This document shows positions 1 to 7,962 of a stretch of 20,000 nucleotides of DNA, one piece after another. Each line of letters begins with the position of its first letter. The stretch's first letter is position 1. Below the pieces are notes generated by a model. The model made no database searches and was not told the DNA's origin. It saw only the letters and a program-made list of their open reading frames with translations. The stretch covers positions 56,642 through 76,641 of the IMG/VR virus record IMGVR_UViG_3300002098_000029. One strand, 5' to 3'. The DNA comes from an uncultured virus (IMG/VR IMGVR_UViG_3300002098_000029). Its lineage: Duplodnaviria; Heunggongvirae; Uroviricota; Caudoviricetes. A program made the position numbers and the translations under genes.

Positions 1-2
1 GT

Positions 3-308
3 GCTGGTCTAGGACAAGCAATGGGTGAGAGTCAAGATTATAGTAATGCACAACCTTCCAGTTCGGCTATGCCAGGAAGTTCTGCTTTATCACCAAACCC
101 TTTGAGTGGGAATTTTACACCAAAGAGAGCAGATTTTAAGTATTTTAGAGATAAGATTAAGAAGGAAGCCATCGATTCCCCAGCAGAATCAGGTTCGATG
201 GGAGTTGGAGGTGTACTCGGTGGTGCCACTAATAAGGAACCAATGGGTGACAATAAAGGTAATTTAATTGGTATTGAAATTAAAAAGAAAAAGAAACCAG
301 TAGGATAA
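3..308 (+). CDS. 3' part of a hypothetical protein, probably truncated by the window edge
   Basis: The frame of ORF 21..308 stays open back to position 3 (GCT GGT CTA GGA CAA GCA ATG) and there is no clear SD before ATG 21. Low-complexity Ser/Gly/Pro/Lys sequence with an IKKE motif. Confidence 0.6.
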   Translation, partial: AGLGQAMGESQDYSNAQPSSSAMPGSSALSPNPLSGNFTPKRADFKYFRDKIKKEAIDSPAESGSMGVGGVLGGATNKEPMGDNKGNLIGIEIKKKKKPVG

Positions 309-320
309 CGGAGAATAAAA

Positions 321-1508
321 ATGTTTTCAAATAACCCAGTATCACAATCAATGATTGATGCAGTCAATAAAGTTCTTGGTGAGGCTCCACAAGCAGCTGC
401 GCCAGCTCAACCGGTTGAACAACCAAAGAATCCGTTTGCACCACAATTGTTAGATGAATCTGATGAAAAAGTAAATCCAGAAGAATCTAAATGTGTAACA
501 GAACCAAAAGCAAAAGAAATTGCTAAAAAGGAAGTAAAAGGTCACGAAAAAAAACTTCATCAAAAAGAAGATATGACCTTTGCTAATAAACTCAAATGCT
601 CCATCAAAGAAGGCAAAGCAACTGGTACAGAAGAAATCTTCACCGACAATAATCTTGGTGAAGAAGAAATGTCCGACAAGCAGAAAGCCAAGCGTGAAAA
701 GATTGTAATGTCCATGAAAGGTGATGAAGCTGGACTGAAACAACGCTATGGTAAGAATTGGAAGAATGTGATGTATGCTACTGCTACTAAGCAAGCCATG
801 AAGGAAGAAGTTGAACTGGATGAAGCTTCTCCACCAAAGAATACTGATATTGCTGATAAAGCCTATTTGAAACATAAACCAGGTACTGTTAAAGGTACAA
901 TGACTCAACTTGGTCGTTTTCTCCGTGGTAAACCAGAAATCAAAGAAGATGTGGAAGTTCAAATTGATAAATCTGGAGATAAAATTACAACAGATATGTT
1001 AAGTGGTCGTGTTACTGGTGGTAAATTAAATTCTTTCAGAAACTATAAAGTAGATTTGAAAACTAGTGGGGAAGAACCAGTACCTGTCGAATGTGACAAA
1101 GGTACAGATACAAAAGAAAAACAAAAGATTTCTACTAATCCAGGTCCAGTCGATATTAAACTCGATGATAATTTAACAACTTCACCACAAAGTCATTTTT
1201 CAGACGATAAACAAATTAAGAATGAAGAAGTTAAACCAGAACTAAAGCATATTCGTAATAAAGAAGGAAAAATGCGTGATCAAGAAGTAACTGATTTTGC
1301 AAATAAACATACTCCTGGTGGATTAGTAAAATCTAATGAAGAACTTGAATTAGAAGAAAAAGTAATTGCTGGTACTGATGGTTGGGAAAAGAGTCCTAAG
1401 AATGTTAAAGATAAATCTGGTGCAGTTCACACACCAATGAGTCGTGCAAAAGATTTGGCTCGTCAATCATTCAAGAAAATTAAGAGTGATTTGGGTAAAA
1501 ACAAATAA
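321..1508 (+). CDS. Lys/Glu-rich putative internal head (core) protein, 395 aa
   Basis: GGAG SD upstream. Highly charged, with recurring [ILMV]-x-E(E) motifs (LLDE, IKE, LGEE, MKEE, LDE, IKED, LEE) resembling T4 gp21 protease sites. The function is inferred. Confidence 0.6.
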   Translation: MFSNNPVSQSMIDAVNKVLGEAPQAAAPAQPVEQPKNPFAPQLLDESDEKVNPEESKCVTEPKAKEIAKKEVKGHEKKLHQKEDMTFANKLKCSIKEGKATGTEEIFTDNNLGEEEMSDKQKAKREKIVMSMKGDEAGLKQRYGKNWKNVMYATATKQAMKEEVELDEASPPKNTDIADKAYLKHKPGTVKGTMTQLGRFLRGKPEIKEDVEVQIDKSGDKITTDMLSGRVTGGKLNSFRNYKVDLKTSGEEPVPVECDKGTDTKEKQKISTNPGPVDIKLDDNLTTSPQSHFSDDKQIKNEEVKPELKHIRNKEGKMRDQEVTDFANKHTPGGLVKSNEELELEEKVIAGTDGWEKSPKNVKDKSGAVHTPMSRAKDLARQSFKKIKSDLGKNK

Positions 1509-1513
1509 AGATC

Positions 1514-2998
1514 ATGAAGAAATTTAAAGACATCGTTAAAAAGAATCCTGAGCCAGCAAAGCCAGCCAATATTAGTGCTGGCCAGCTGGGTCAGTATTCC
1601 GCAACAAATCAGGTTTCTGAGGATGCCTCTTTGAGTACTTACCTTTCTTCTAGGGGTATCAATCCTAAGTTTGTTTCTAGGGATACTAAGATTTCTCATG
1701 CAAAATCAAATGAATTTAAAACTTGGAAAAAGAATCATATGTTCGAAGAAACTTTAAATGAAAGTGCTATGTTGGACAAATATCTTATGTCTAGAGGTAT
1801 TAATCCCGACCACCTTCCGACAAATCAAAAAGTGGCTTATGCAAAATCTAGTGCATTTATCACTTGGAAACAACATCACATGAATGAGGATATTACTAAA
1901 GATAAATCTGATGGTGATAGTCGTTCCAAACAAGCACATTCACCTACAGCACAACGCCAAGGCGAATTAGATAAGGCCGCAAAGTTCCATACAATTAAAC
2001 CAGTACATACTCAAACTCCTATCAAAAAAGAAGGTTCACAGACCGGACATTTGACACCAGAATCAGTTCAAGTAAATGAATCACCAAAAGAAGGTGGTCG
2101 TAGGAAGTTCTCTGGTATGTTTAGTCCAGCACCAAAAGGAACATTCGCTTACGACCAAGCTATGAGAAAAAAGAAACATGATGATATTGCAAAGAATCAA
2201 TCTAAAGATGGTTCTGGTATGACTTCTGCTATTGACCGATTACAAGCACATATGAATAAAGAAGAAGTTAGTCAAGTTTCCGTAAACAAATTCCACAAAA
2301 AATTAGATAAACTTGTACATTCTTCTTTTGGAAAAAGTTCAGATGAAAAGAAGATGAAAGAGGAAGTTGAACCGATTGATGAAATCTCCAAGAAAGCTTT
2401 GGCTGATTACAAACCTAAATCTATGGCTAGCCTTAAAAATGCTCAGGCTAACCGTGATGCTGCTGAACCAGGTAAAGATATGTCCAAAGGTTTTGCTAAT
2501 TTACATGCAAAATCTGATGCAATTGCTAAGAAGCGTGTTAAAGGCCTTAAAGGTTATCTTCAGCGTGTTGGTGGTGTGAAACCAACCAGTGAGGATGTAA
2601 TGGATCCACAAGCTGCAATTGCTAAAGTTCCTGATACTGATCCAAGTATTACAGAAAAGAAACGTGGATTGTCCAAGTCCGCTCGGATGATTAAGTCGCT
2701 ATATAAACATCATGGAATTAAAGAAGATTTGTATGACCATGAAAAAGAAGATAAGTCGGTCGCAACTTATGGTAAGAAACCTAAGTTCGAAAAATCAGAT
2801 GAAAAAGATAGTGCTGGTGAAAATAAGCCTAACGCTGCAGCAGTCATGACTGGCGGAACAACCCTTACTGGTGAAAAACGAGATGATATCGAAATCGATC
2901 CAATGATGAGATTGCGTCCTGGTCAACCTGATCCTTTCAAGAAAGATGATAAGAAGAAGGATGACAAAAAAGACGGTAAAAAAGAAGAAAAGAAATAA
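1514..2998 (+). CDS. Lys/Glu-rich putative internal head protein with an internal duplication, 494 aa
   Basis: N-terminus MKKFKDIV resembles a capsid-targeting sequence. Repeated VSE, MFEE, LNE, MNE, VNE, MKEE, IDE, ITE and IKE motifs, and a K/D-rich tail. Confidence 0.6.
   Translation: MKKFKDIVKKNPEPAKPANISAGQLGQYSATNQVSEDASLSTYLSSRGINPKFVSRDTKISHAKSNEFKTWKKNHMFEETLNESAMLDKYLMSRGINPDHLPTNQKVAYAKSSAFITWKQHHMNEDITKDKSDGDSRSKQAHSPTAQRQGELDKAAKFHTIKPVHTQTPIKKEGSQTGHLTPESVQVNESPKEGGRRKFSGMFSPAPKGTFAYDQAMRKKKHDDIAKNQSKDGSGMTSAIDRLQAHMNKEEVSQVSVNKFHKKLDKLVHSSFGKSSDEKKMKEEVEPIDEISKKALADYKPKSMASLKNAQANRDAAEPGKDMSKGFANLHAKSDAIAKKRVKGLKGYLQRVGGVKPTSEDVMDPQAAIAKVPDTDPSITEKKRGLSKSARMIKSLYKHHGIKEDLYDHEKEDKSVATYGKKPKFEKSDEKDSAGENKPNAAAVMTGGTTLTGEKRDDIEIDPMMRLRPGQPDPFKKDDKKKDDKKDGKKEEKK
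1619..1891 (+). repeat. Tandem ~44-aa protein repeat, two copies (1619-1750 and 1760-1891)
   Basis: EDASLSTYLSSRGINPKFVSRDTKISHAKSNEFKTWKKNHMFEE versus ESAMLDKYLMSRGINPDHLPTNQKVAYAKSSAFITWKQHHMNED. Confidence 0.9.
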
Positions 2999-3006
2999 GA
3001 TAAATA
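2999..3006 (+). promoter_or_regulatory. T4-type late promoter candidate (GATAAATA)
   Basis: 7/8 match to TATAAATA, intergenic, about 33 nt upstream of ATG 3040, which has an AAGGAG SD. Confidence 0.55.
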
Positions 3007-3039
3007 ACAAGATAACCAAGGCTAATTAAGGAGAAAAAA

Positions 3040-3687
3040 ATGCCAACATGGGGAAATACGGACGCAGCTAATCAAAAGCCAAAATTTGATTTAGAGCGCA
3101 CAACAAGAGTAAAATTACAATTCACAGTTCTTACTGGTAATAATGCAGGTAATAACGTTATTACAGTCGCATATACAGATGGCGGACAAAATAACGTTGC
3201 TAACATTGGTGTTGCTGTAAACCAATATGTGTATTTCATGAACAGCGGATTTGCCAATCCTGGCGGTACCGCAGGTAATGGATATCCAGGTTTCTTTGCA
3301 TCCAATACTCAAGTTTCTGCTATTAGCGGTAATACAATTACATTAGGTACTAATTTATTTAATAACGTTGCTGCAGGTTATGGTGTTGAGTTTGACTCAA
3401 AGGTTGTTTGGCCAACAGGTCCAGCATCCACTTATAATCAAGATACAATCTTGGTAACTCCAAGTCGCCTTGCGAATACTAAAGGTACAACCGGTGGTGC
3501 TGGAAGTACAGTTGCTAATACTCAATTGGGTAATGTGGTAACTGGTTGGAACTTGATTCAACGTAAAATCAATAATGATGGTACTATTCGTTTCTTGAAA
3601 GAGTGTTTGGTTGCTCTTGCTAATCCAGTTGCTGCCAATACTAGTTCTGCTAATACTAGTGCTAACGCCATTTTTGGTGGTCTTTAA
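3040..3687 (+). CDS. Putative virion structural protein, 215 aa
   Basis: Strong SD. Rich in Gly/Asn/Thr/Ala with a beta-type composition. The N-terminal MPTWG and C-terminal GW...G.IR..KE.LVA patterns recall conserved structural proteins of T4-like phages. Flanked by a late-promoter motif and a terminator. Confidence 0.65.
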   Translation: MPTWGNTDAANQKPKFDLERTTRVKLQFTVLTGNNAGNNVITVAYTDGGQNNVANIGVAVNQYVYFMNSGFANPGGTAGNGYPGFFASNTQVSAISGNTITLGTNLFNNVAAGYGVEFDSKVVWPTGPASTYNQDTILVTPSRLANTKGTTGGAGSTVANTQLGNVVTGWNLIQRKINNDGTIRFLKECLVALANPVAANTSSANTSANAIFGGL

Positions 3688-3694
3688 TTAGTTC

Positions 3695-3725
3695 AAGTTG
3701 TGGTGCTTCGGTACCACAACTTTTT
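3695..3725 (+). terminator. Rho-independent terminator with a C(UUCG)G tetraloop
   Basis: AAGTTGTGGTGC-TTCG-GTACCACAACTT forms a 12-bp stem (one G-U pair) running into TTTTT, directly after stop 3687. The UUCG loop is typical of T4-like terminators. Confidence 0.9.
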
Positions 3726-3748
3726 CATTATGAAAATATAAGAATAAT

Positions 3749-4135
3749 ATGTTTGATGAATTGAATGAAGATAATTTTATGATGTATGCAATGAAGTGTT
3801 ATACTTCACCAAATTGTGTAATGTCTGAATTTGAAGGAGATATTAAGAGAACCAAATACCTGAAAAGGTTATTTCGTAGATACAAGGTTAGTAAAACTCT
3901 TAAAGAACGATTGATATTGAACCATGTTATTTTATTGAATAATGTTTTTGGTCCAGAAGTGACCGCAAGAATATTATTTTATAGAATAGATGAACGAGAT
4001 TACGATATATTAAAAACATTTCTGTTATATTTAAATATATTACCAGAAATGATATATGGCGTTCATGGGAAAAACATTCACACATCCGACATACCGGTTG
4101 ATTTGAATATCGCAGAGATATTAAGGAAAATATGA
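3749..4135 (+). CDS. Conserved T4-like phage hypothetical protein, 128 aa
   Basis: The MFDELNEDNF..YAMK.Y, EFE.D.KR.KY.KRLF and ERLILNH.I.L.NVFG patterns are recognisable from marine and freshwater T4-like phages. Confidence 0.75.
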   Translation: MFDELNEDNFMMYAMKCYTSPNCVMSEFEGDIKRTKYLKRLFRRYKVSKTLKERLILNHVILLNNVFGPEVTARILFYRIDERDYDILKTFLLYLNILPEMIYGVHGKNIHTSDIPVDLNIAEILRKI

Positions 4136-4323
4136 AAACTTTCAAAGAATACTTAAACGAAGATGGCATGGGTGCTGGTGCCGTTGGTGGCGGTTCTGCT
4201 GGACCGACCAATGTAACTGGTACACAAAGTTCTACTGATCCAGCAAGTGCTTCTGCTGTTAATAGAAAAAAGAAACACAGTCCCATTCTAATGGGTATGG
4301 CCACTCGTAAGGCGCCTAAGTGA
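4132..4323 (+). CDS. Small putative internal head protein with a capsid-targeting sequence, 63 aa
   Basis: AAGGA SD and ATGA overlap. N-terminus MKTFKEYLNE resembles the T4 internal-protein leaders (MKTYQEFIAE, MKTFKEF). Confidence 0.7.
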   Translation: MKTFKEYLNEDGMGAGAVGGGSAGPTNVTGTQSSTDPASASAVNRKKKHSPILMGMATRKAPK

Positions 4324-4571
4324 TAGACATACAAAAAAGAATCAAAGAGAAATTTGGATTAGAAGCAGAAGTAGTAGAAGCCTCAAATGTGTTATTTTTA
4401 AGAGTACAAGGCTTAGATAACGTATCTCTTGCTGATTGGATTAGAGTGGAGTTCCACAACACATTTGTTAGTGTAAAGAATAGAAGAACTTTTGAATTTT
4501 CTGATGATGGATGGATTAAGATAGAAAAAAATGATAACAGTAGAACAATTACAGAAGATACTGCCACATAA
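4320..4571 (+). CDS. Hypothetical protein, 83 aa
   Basis: GTG start in a GTGA overlap with the upstream stop; fills the gap before the endolysin and overlaps it by 41 nt. Confidence 0.55.
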   Translation: MIDIQKRIKEKFGLEAEVVEASNVLFLRVQGLDNVSLADWIRVEFHNTFVSVKNRRTFEFSDDGWIKIEKNDNSRTITEDTAT

Positions 4572-5136
4572 CACAACATTAAATTCTTTGTGTTCGGTGT
4601 TAAATGACTTATTACCAAAATATGATATTAATACGAAGAATAGAATTGCTGGGTTCTTAGCACAATGTGCAGTTGAGTCGATTGAGTTTACAACATTAAA
4701 AGAAAATTTAAATTATGGTCCACAAAGTTTAATGAGAACTTGGCCAAAATTATTTCCTTATGTTGGTATTGCAGAACAGTATGCTCACCAACCTGAAAAG
4801 ATTGCCAATTATGTTTATGCAAATAGATATGGTAATGGTAATGAGTTAAGTGGTGATGGTTGGTTATATCGTGGCCGTGGTGCCATACAAACCACCTTTC
4901 ACGACAATTATAAAGTGTTTGCAGTTTCTATTGGATTACCTTTGAATGAAGTGATATCTTATTGTGAAACCTTAACGGGTGCAGTAGAATCTGCTTGTTT
5001 TTATTGGAAGTTGCACAATATTAATCAAGCTTGTGATGCTGATAATATTGAGGATATGACACACAGAATTAATTCTGCTGAATTGGGATTAACACAAAGA
5101 ACTATGTATTATGAAAAGGCTAAGTCAGTATTATGA
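4531..5136 (+). CDS. Glycoside hydrolase family 19 (chitinase-like) endolysin
   Basis: Motifs RIAGFLAQCAVES, ENLNY, IANYVYANRYGNG, GDGWLYRGRGAIQTT...NY and TxRIN. Confidence 0.9.
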   Translation: MITVEQLQKILPHNTTLNSLCSVLNDLLPKYDINTKNRIAGFLAQCAVESIEFTTLKENLNYGPQSLMRTWPKLFPYVGIAEQYAHQPEKIANYVYANRYGNGNELSGDGWLYRGRGAIQTTFHDNYKVFAVSIGLPLNEVISYCETLTGAVESACFYWKLHNINQACDADNIEDMTHRINSAELGLTQRTMYYEKAKSVL

Positions 5137-5738
5137 TGACAATATTACTTTGGTTGTTTAATTATATACCAACATTCTTTATATACATTACATTTGCATT
5201 AGGTGTGGTACTTTATCTTTTTTCTGAGATGGCCACACTTAGAATTGCTCAAGTTATAACATCAAGTTATTTAACTCCAGCTTTTATGAGATTAGTTGGT
5301 ATAATGTTGATGGGTTTAAGTATTTTCTTTTTGGGTATATCTTTTAGTGATACTCAATTTAAAAAAGAGTTAGATAAAAAGAATCAAGAAATAATTAAAA
5401 TTAACGAAGATGCAAAAGATATAACAAATCAAGTAGAAATTAAGTATGTTTATAGAGATAAGATTATTAAGGAGAAGGGTGATGAAATTATTAAATATGT
5501 TAACACTAAAAATGATGTCGATTGCAATTTGCATAACTCTACTATCGAGTTGCTCAATAGTGCCGCAAAAAACAACCTTCCCGACCCCACCAGAGCAACT
5601 AATGAAACCAGCGCCGGAGTTAACTTTAGTGCCGTTGAAGCAATAGTAATAGAAAATTATAACAAATATCATTCCGTAAAAAATGAATTAGATTTATTAC
5701 AGGAATGGGTTTTAGAACAACAAAAAAATAATAAATGA
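5133..5738 (+). CDS. Putative inner-membrane spanin (Rz-like)
   Basis: N-terminal hydrophobic segments followed by a predicted helical periplasmic region with one Cys (DVDCNL) and a terminal LQEWV.EQ helix. Lies after the endolysin and contains a nested lipoprotein ORF. Confidence 0.75.
   Translation: MMTILLWLFNYIPTFFIYITFALGVVLYLFSEMATLRIAQVITSSYLTPAFMRLVGIMLMGLSIFFLGISFSDTQFKKELDKKNQEIIKINEDAKDITNQVEIKYVYRDKIIKEKGDEIIKYVNTKNDVDCNLHNSTIELLNSAAKNNLPDPTRATNETSAGVNFSAVEAIVIENYNKYHSVKNELDLLQEWVLEQQKNNK
5482..5646 (+). CDS. Putative outer-membrane spanin lipoprotein (Rz1-like), embedded in the +1 frame, 54 aa
   Basis: SD AAGGAG before ATG 5482. Signal peptide MKLLNMLTLKMMSIAICITLLSS-C with lipobox LSSC; the 31-aa mature part is Pro-rich (CSIVPQKTTFPTPPEQLMKPAPELTLVPLKQ). 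Confidence 0.8.
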   Translation: MKLLNMLTLKMMSIAICITLLSSCSIVPQKTTFPTPPEQLMKPAPELTLVPLKQ

Positions 5739-6004
5739 AAGTTATAGTTAAACAATTACTGACGGGCAAAGATAATGAAACCTATGATTTAGGTCGCATA
5801 TCTTGGGTTCTTTGTGTAATTTCCGTTATTGGATTTTGTATATATAATTTGATACATGGTATAACATTTACATTAGAAGATTTTGGTCGCTCAATAGCTG
5901 CTATCGTTGGAGTTCACGGTGCAGCTATTTGGGCAAAAAAAGATACTGAACCTAGTCCACCAGCTGATACCAATCAAACGGCCGTTAACGATATTAATAA
6001 ATAA
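5735..6004 (+). CDS. Putative holin (small protein with two membrane segments), 89 aa
   Basis: Two hydrophobic segments (ISWVLCVISVIGFCIYNLI and SIAAIVGVHGAAIWA) and a polar tail. ATGA-coupled to the spanin gene. Confidence 0.55.
   Translation: MKVIVKQLLTGKDNETYDLGRISWVLCVISVIGFCIYNLIHGITFTLEDFGRSIAAIVGVHGAAIWAKKDTEPSPPADTNQTAVNDINK
5996..6003 (+). promoter_or_regulatory. Late promoter candidate (AATAAATA)
   Basis: 7/8 match to TATAAATA just upstream of ATG 6014. The AT-rich context makes a chance match possible. Confidence 0.35.
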
Positions 6005-6013
6005 AAGAACAAT

Positions 6014-6430
6014 ATGTCTGATGATTTAACAAAAATTAAAGTTGATGTGGAAGTATTAAAAACTCAAATAGTTACAATGACCTCGCTTTGCCAAAAGATG
6101 GATACAATCATTGATAAACTAGTAGATCAACAAGAAAAATATACCGTACAAATATATCAAGACATGGAAAACCGAAGAAAAGAAAAGAATGCGGAGATCA
6201 AAGAAATCCATGATCGTATTGATACTGTTATTGATAAGGTGCAGATTACAGAATTACGAATTATGGATGAAATCAAAGAACTCCGTAAAGAACTATTAAA
6301 AAAGAGTGAAGGTGAGTCCACTAAAGTGGATAATTTGTCACAATGGAAATGGATGATTGCCGGTGGTATTATTGCTTTGGCATTTATACTTTCTAGAGCC
6401 ACCGAACTTGTAGGCCACTTGACAAAGTAA
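6014..6430 (+). CDS. Coiled-coil protein with a C-terminal membrane anchor, 138 aa
   Basis: Heptad-rich body ending in WKWMIAGGIIALAFIL; similar ORFs commonly precede primase in T4-like phages. Confidence 0.7.
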   Translation: MSDDLTKIKVDVEVLKTQIVTMTSLCQKMDTIIDKLVDQQEKYTVQIYQDMENRRKEKNAEIKEIHDRIDTVIDKVQITELRIMDEIKELRKELLKKSEGESTKVDNLSQWKWMIAGGIIALAFILSRATELVGHLTK

Positions 6431-6447
6431 TGATAATGTAGTATTAT
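6419..6447 (+). promoter_or_regulatory. Sigma70-type promoter for primase
   Basis: TTGACA (6419-6424), 17-nt spacer, TATTAT (6442-6447). Confidence 0.75.
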
Positions 6448-6455
6448 CATAGATT

Positions 6456-7475
6456 ATGAGCGTTTACATTGACCGAAATTTCCTCCTCCAAGTATCACCT
6501 AAATTACAGAGGTTCTCCCGTAAAAAGGACGACCTCTATAACTTTAGGTGCCCACTTTGTGGAGATTCCCAAAAGAATAAAACTAAAGCCCGTGGTTTCG
6601 TCTTCCGAAAGAAGAATGACTACTTCTATATGTGCCACAATTGTGGCGTATCTACCACATTCTATAATTTCTTAAAACAGGTTGATCCCAATCTATTACA
6701 AGAATACCAATTGGAAAGATATAAAAATGGAGAAACCGGTAACAACAATTATCCAAAGCCAGATTTTGAGGAATTCAAAACGGAGAAACCGACCTTCAAG
6801 AAGTCCCTTGAACTTCCGACAATTGACTCATTACCAGAGGCGCATTATGCTAAGAAGTATGTTCAGCAGAGAAGGATTCCAGAGACCTTTTACTCGCAAC
6901 TATACTATGCGGAAGACTTTGCAGCCTTCATACAAACTCTTGGGATTGAAAAAGAGAACCTTCATAAAGACGACAAACGGCTCGTCATTCCCTTCTATGA
7001 CCAAGAGAAAAACCTTGTGGCTATCCAGGGTCGCTCGTTGGGTGAATCGAAACTCAGGTATATCACATTAAAACTTCACGATGATAATAAAAAGGTCTTT
7101 GGACTGGATCGTGCAAATACCGAGAACATGATTTATGTGACCGAAGGTCCTATTGATTCCCTGTTCCTGGAGAATGGAGTAGCAACAGCAGACTCCAACC
7201 TAGAATCGATTACCGATGTATTGGCCAAGCCACAGGTTGCGTTAGTGTTCGATAACGAGCCTCGTAACAAAGAAATTGTGGCCAAGATGGAACATGCGAT
7301 AGATAATCATTTTAACATCGTTATTTGGCCAGAATTCCTTATAGAAAAAGATATCAATGAGATGATGCTACAATACGATTTTTCATTGGATGAAATGCAA
7401 GATATTATAGATAAAAATACCTTTAATAATCTCAGAGCTAAGATGGAATTCTTGAATTGGAAAAAAGTGAAATGA
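6456..7475 (+). CDS. 61: T4-like DNA primase (gp61)
   Basis: Zn finger NFRCPLCGDS...KARG...CHNCG, RLVIPF, QGRSL and RYIT motifs, and TOPRIM motifs VTEGPIDS, FDNEPRN and KDINEM. Confidence 0.95.
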   Translation: MSVYIDRNFLLQVSPKLQRFSRKKDDLYNFRCPLCGDSQKNKTKARGFVFRKKNDYFYMCHNCGVSTTFYNFLKQVDPNLLQEYQLERYKNGETGNNNYPKPDFEEFKTEKPTFKKSLELPTIDSLPEAHYAKKYVQQRRIPETFYSQLYYAEDFAAFIQTLGIEKENLHKDDKRLVIPFYDQEKNLVAIQGRSLGESKLRYITLKLHDDNKKVFGLDRANTENMIYVTEGPIDSLFLENGVATADSNLESITDVLAKPQVALVFDNEPRNKEIVAKMEHAIDNHFNIVIWPEFLIEKDINEMMLQYDFSLDEMQDIIDKNTFNNLRAKMEFLNWKKVK

Positions 7476-7954
7476 TATCACAGGAATATTTAAAAACCTT
7501 ACTGTTGTATAAAAATGGAAAATTTTATTGGAAATTAAATAAATCCAATTCAATTAAAAAAGGTCAAGAATCTGGTTGTAATCATAATAAAGGTTATAGA
7601 TCAATAAAAATTGACGGAAAAAGTTATCTGGTTCATAGACTGGTATATTTGTATCATAACGGATTTGTACCAAAATTTATAGATCACATTGATGGAAATA
7701 GAAGTAATAATGAGATAAACAACCTAAGGGAAACTAATAAGTCGACCAATAATTGGAATTCAAAAATGAACACTAAAAATTCATCTGGTGTTAAAGGTGT
7801 GTCATGGGATAAAAGAAGAAATAAATGGATTGCTCAATGTAGGGTGTATAAAAAATTATATTACATCGGTGCATATGATGATTTAAGTGATGCGAAAATA
7901 GAAATTACAAAATTTCGAGAGTTAAACCATAAAGAGTTTGCAAACCATGGATAG
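7472..7954 (+). mobile_element. Free-standing HNH homing endonuclease with a C-terminal AP2-like domain
   Basis: HRLVY...IDHIDGNRSNNEINNLR HNH motif and NSSGVKGVSW...KWIAQ...YIG.Y AP2-like segment. AT-rich. ATG 7472 overlaps the primase stop (ATGA); an alternative TTG start is at 7457. Confidence 0.9.
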
Positions 7955-7962
7955 AATATAAA

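Noticed and set aside
2938..2998. AAG/GAT repeats
   Set aside because: They encode the low-complexity KKDD tail of ORF 1514.
6425..6450. Fur-box-like sequence (TGATAAT...ATTATCA) at the primase promoter
   Set aside because: The half-sites are spaced 7-5-7 rather than 7-1-7, and the register I checked matches the 19-bp consensus at only about 10 positions. Reported only as an inverted repeat.
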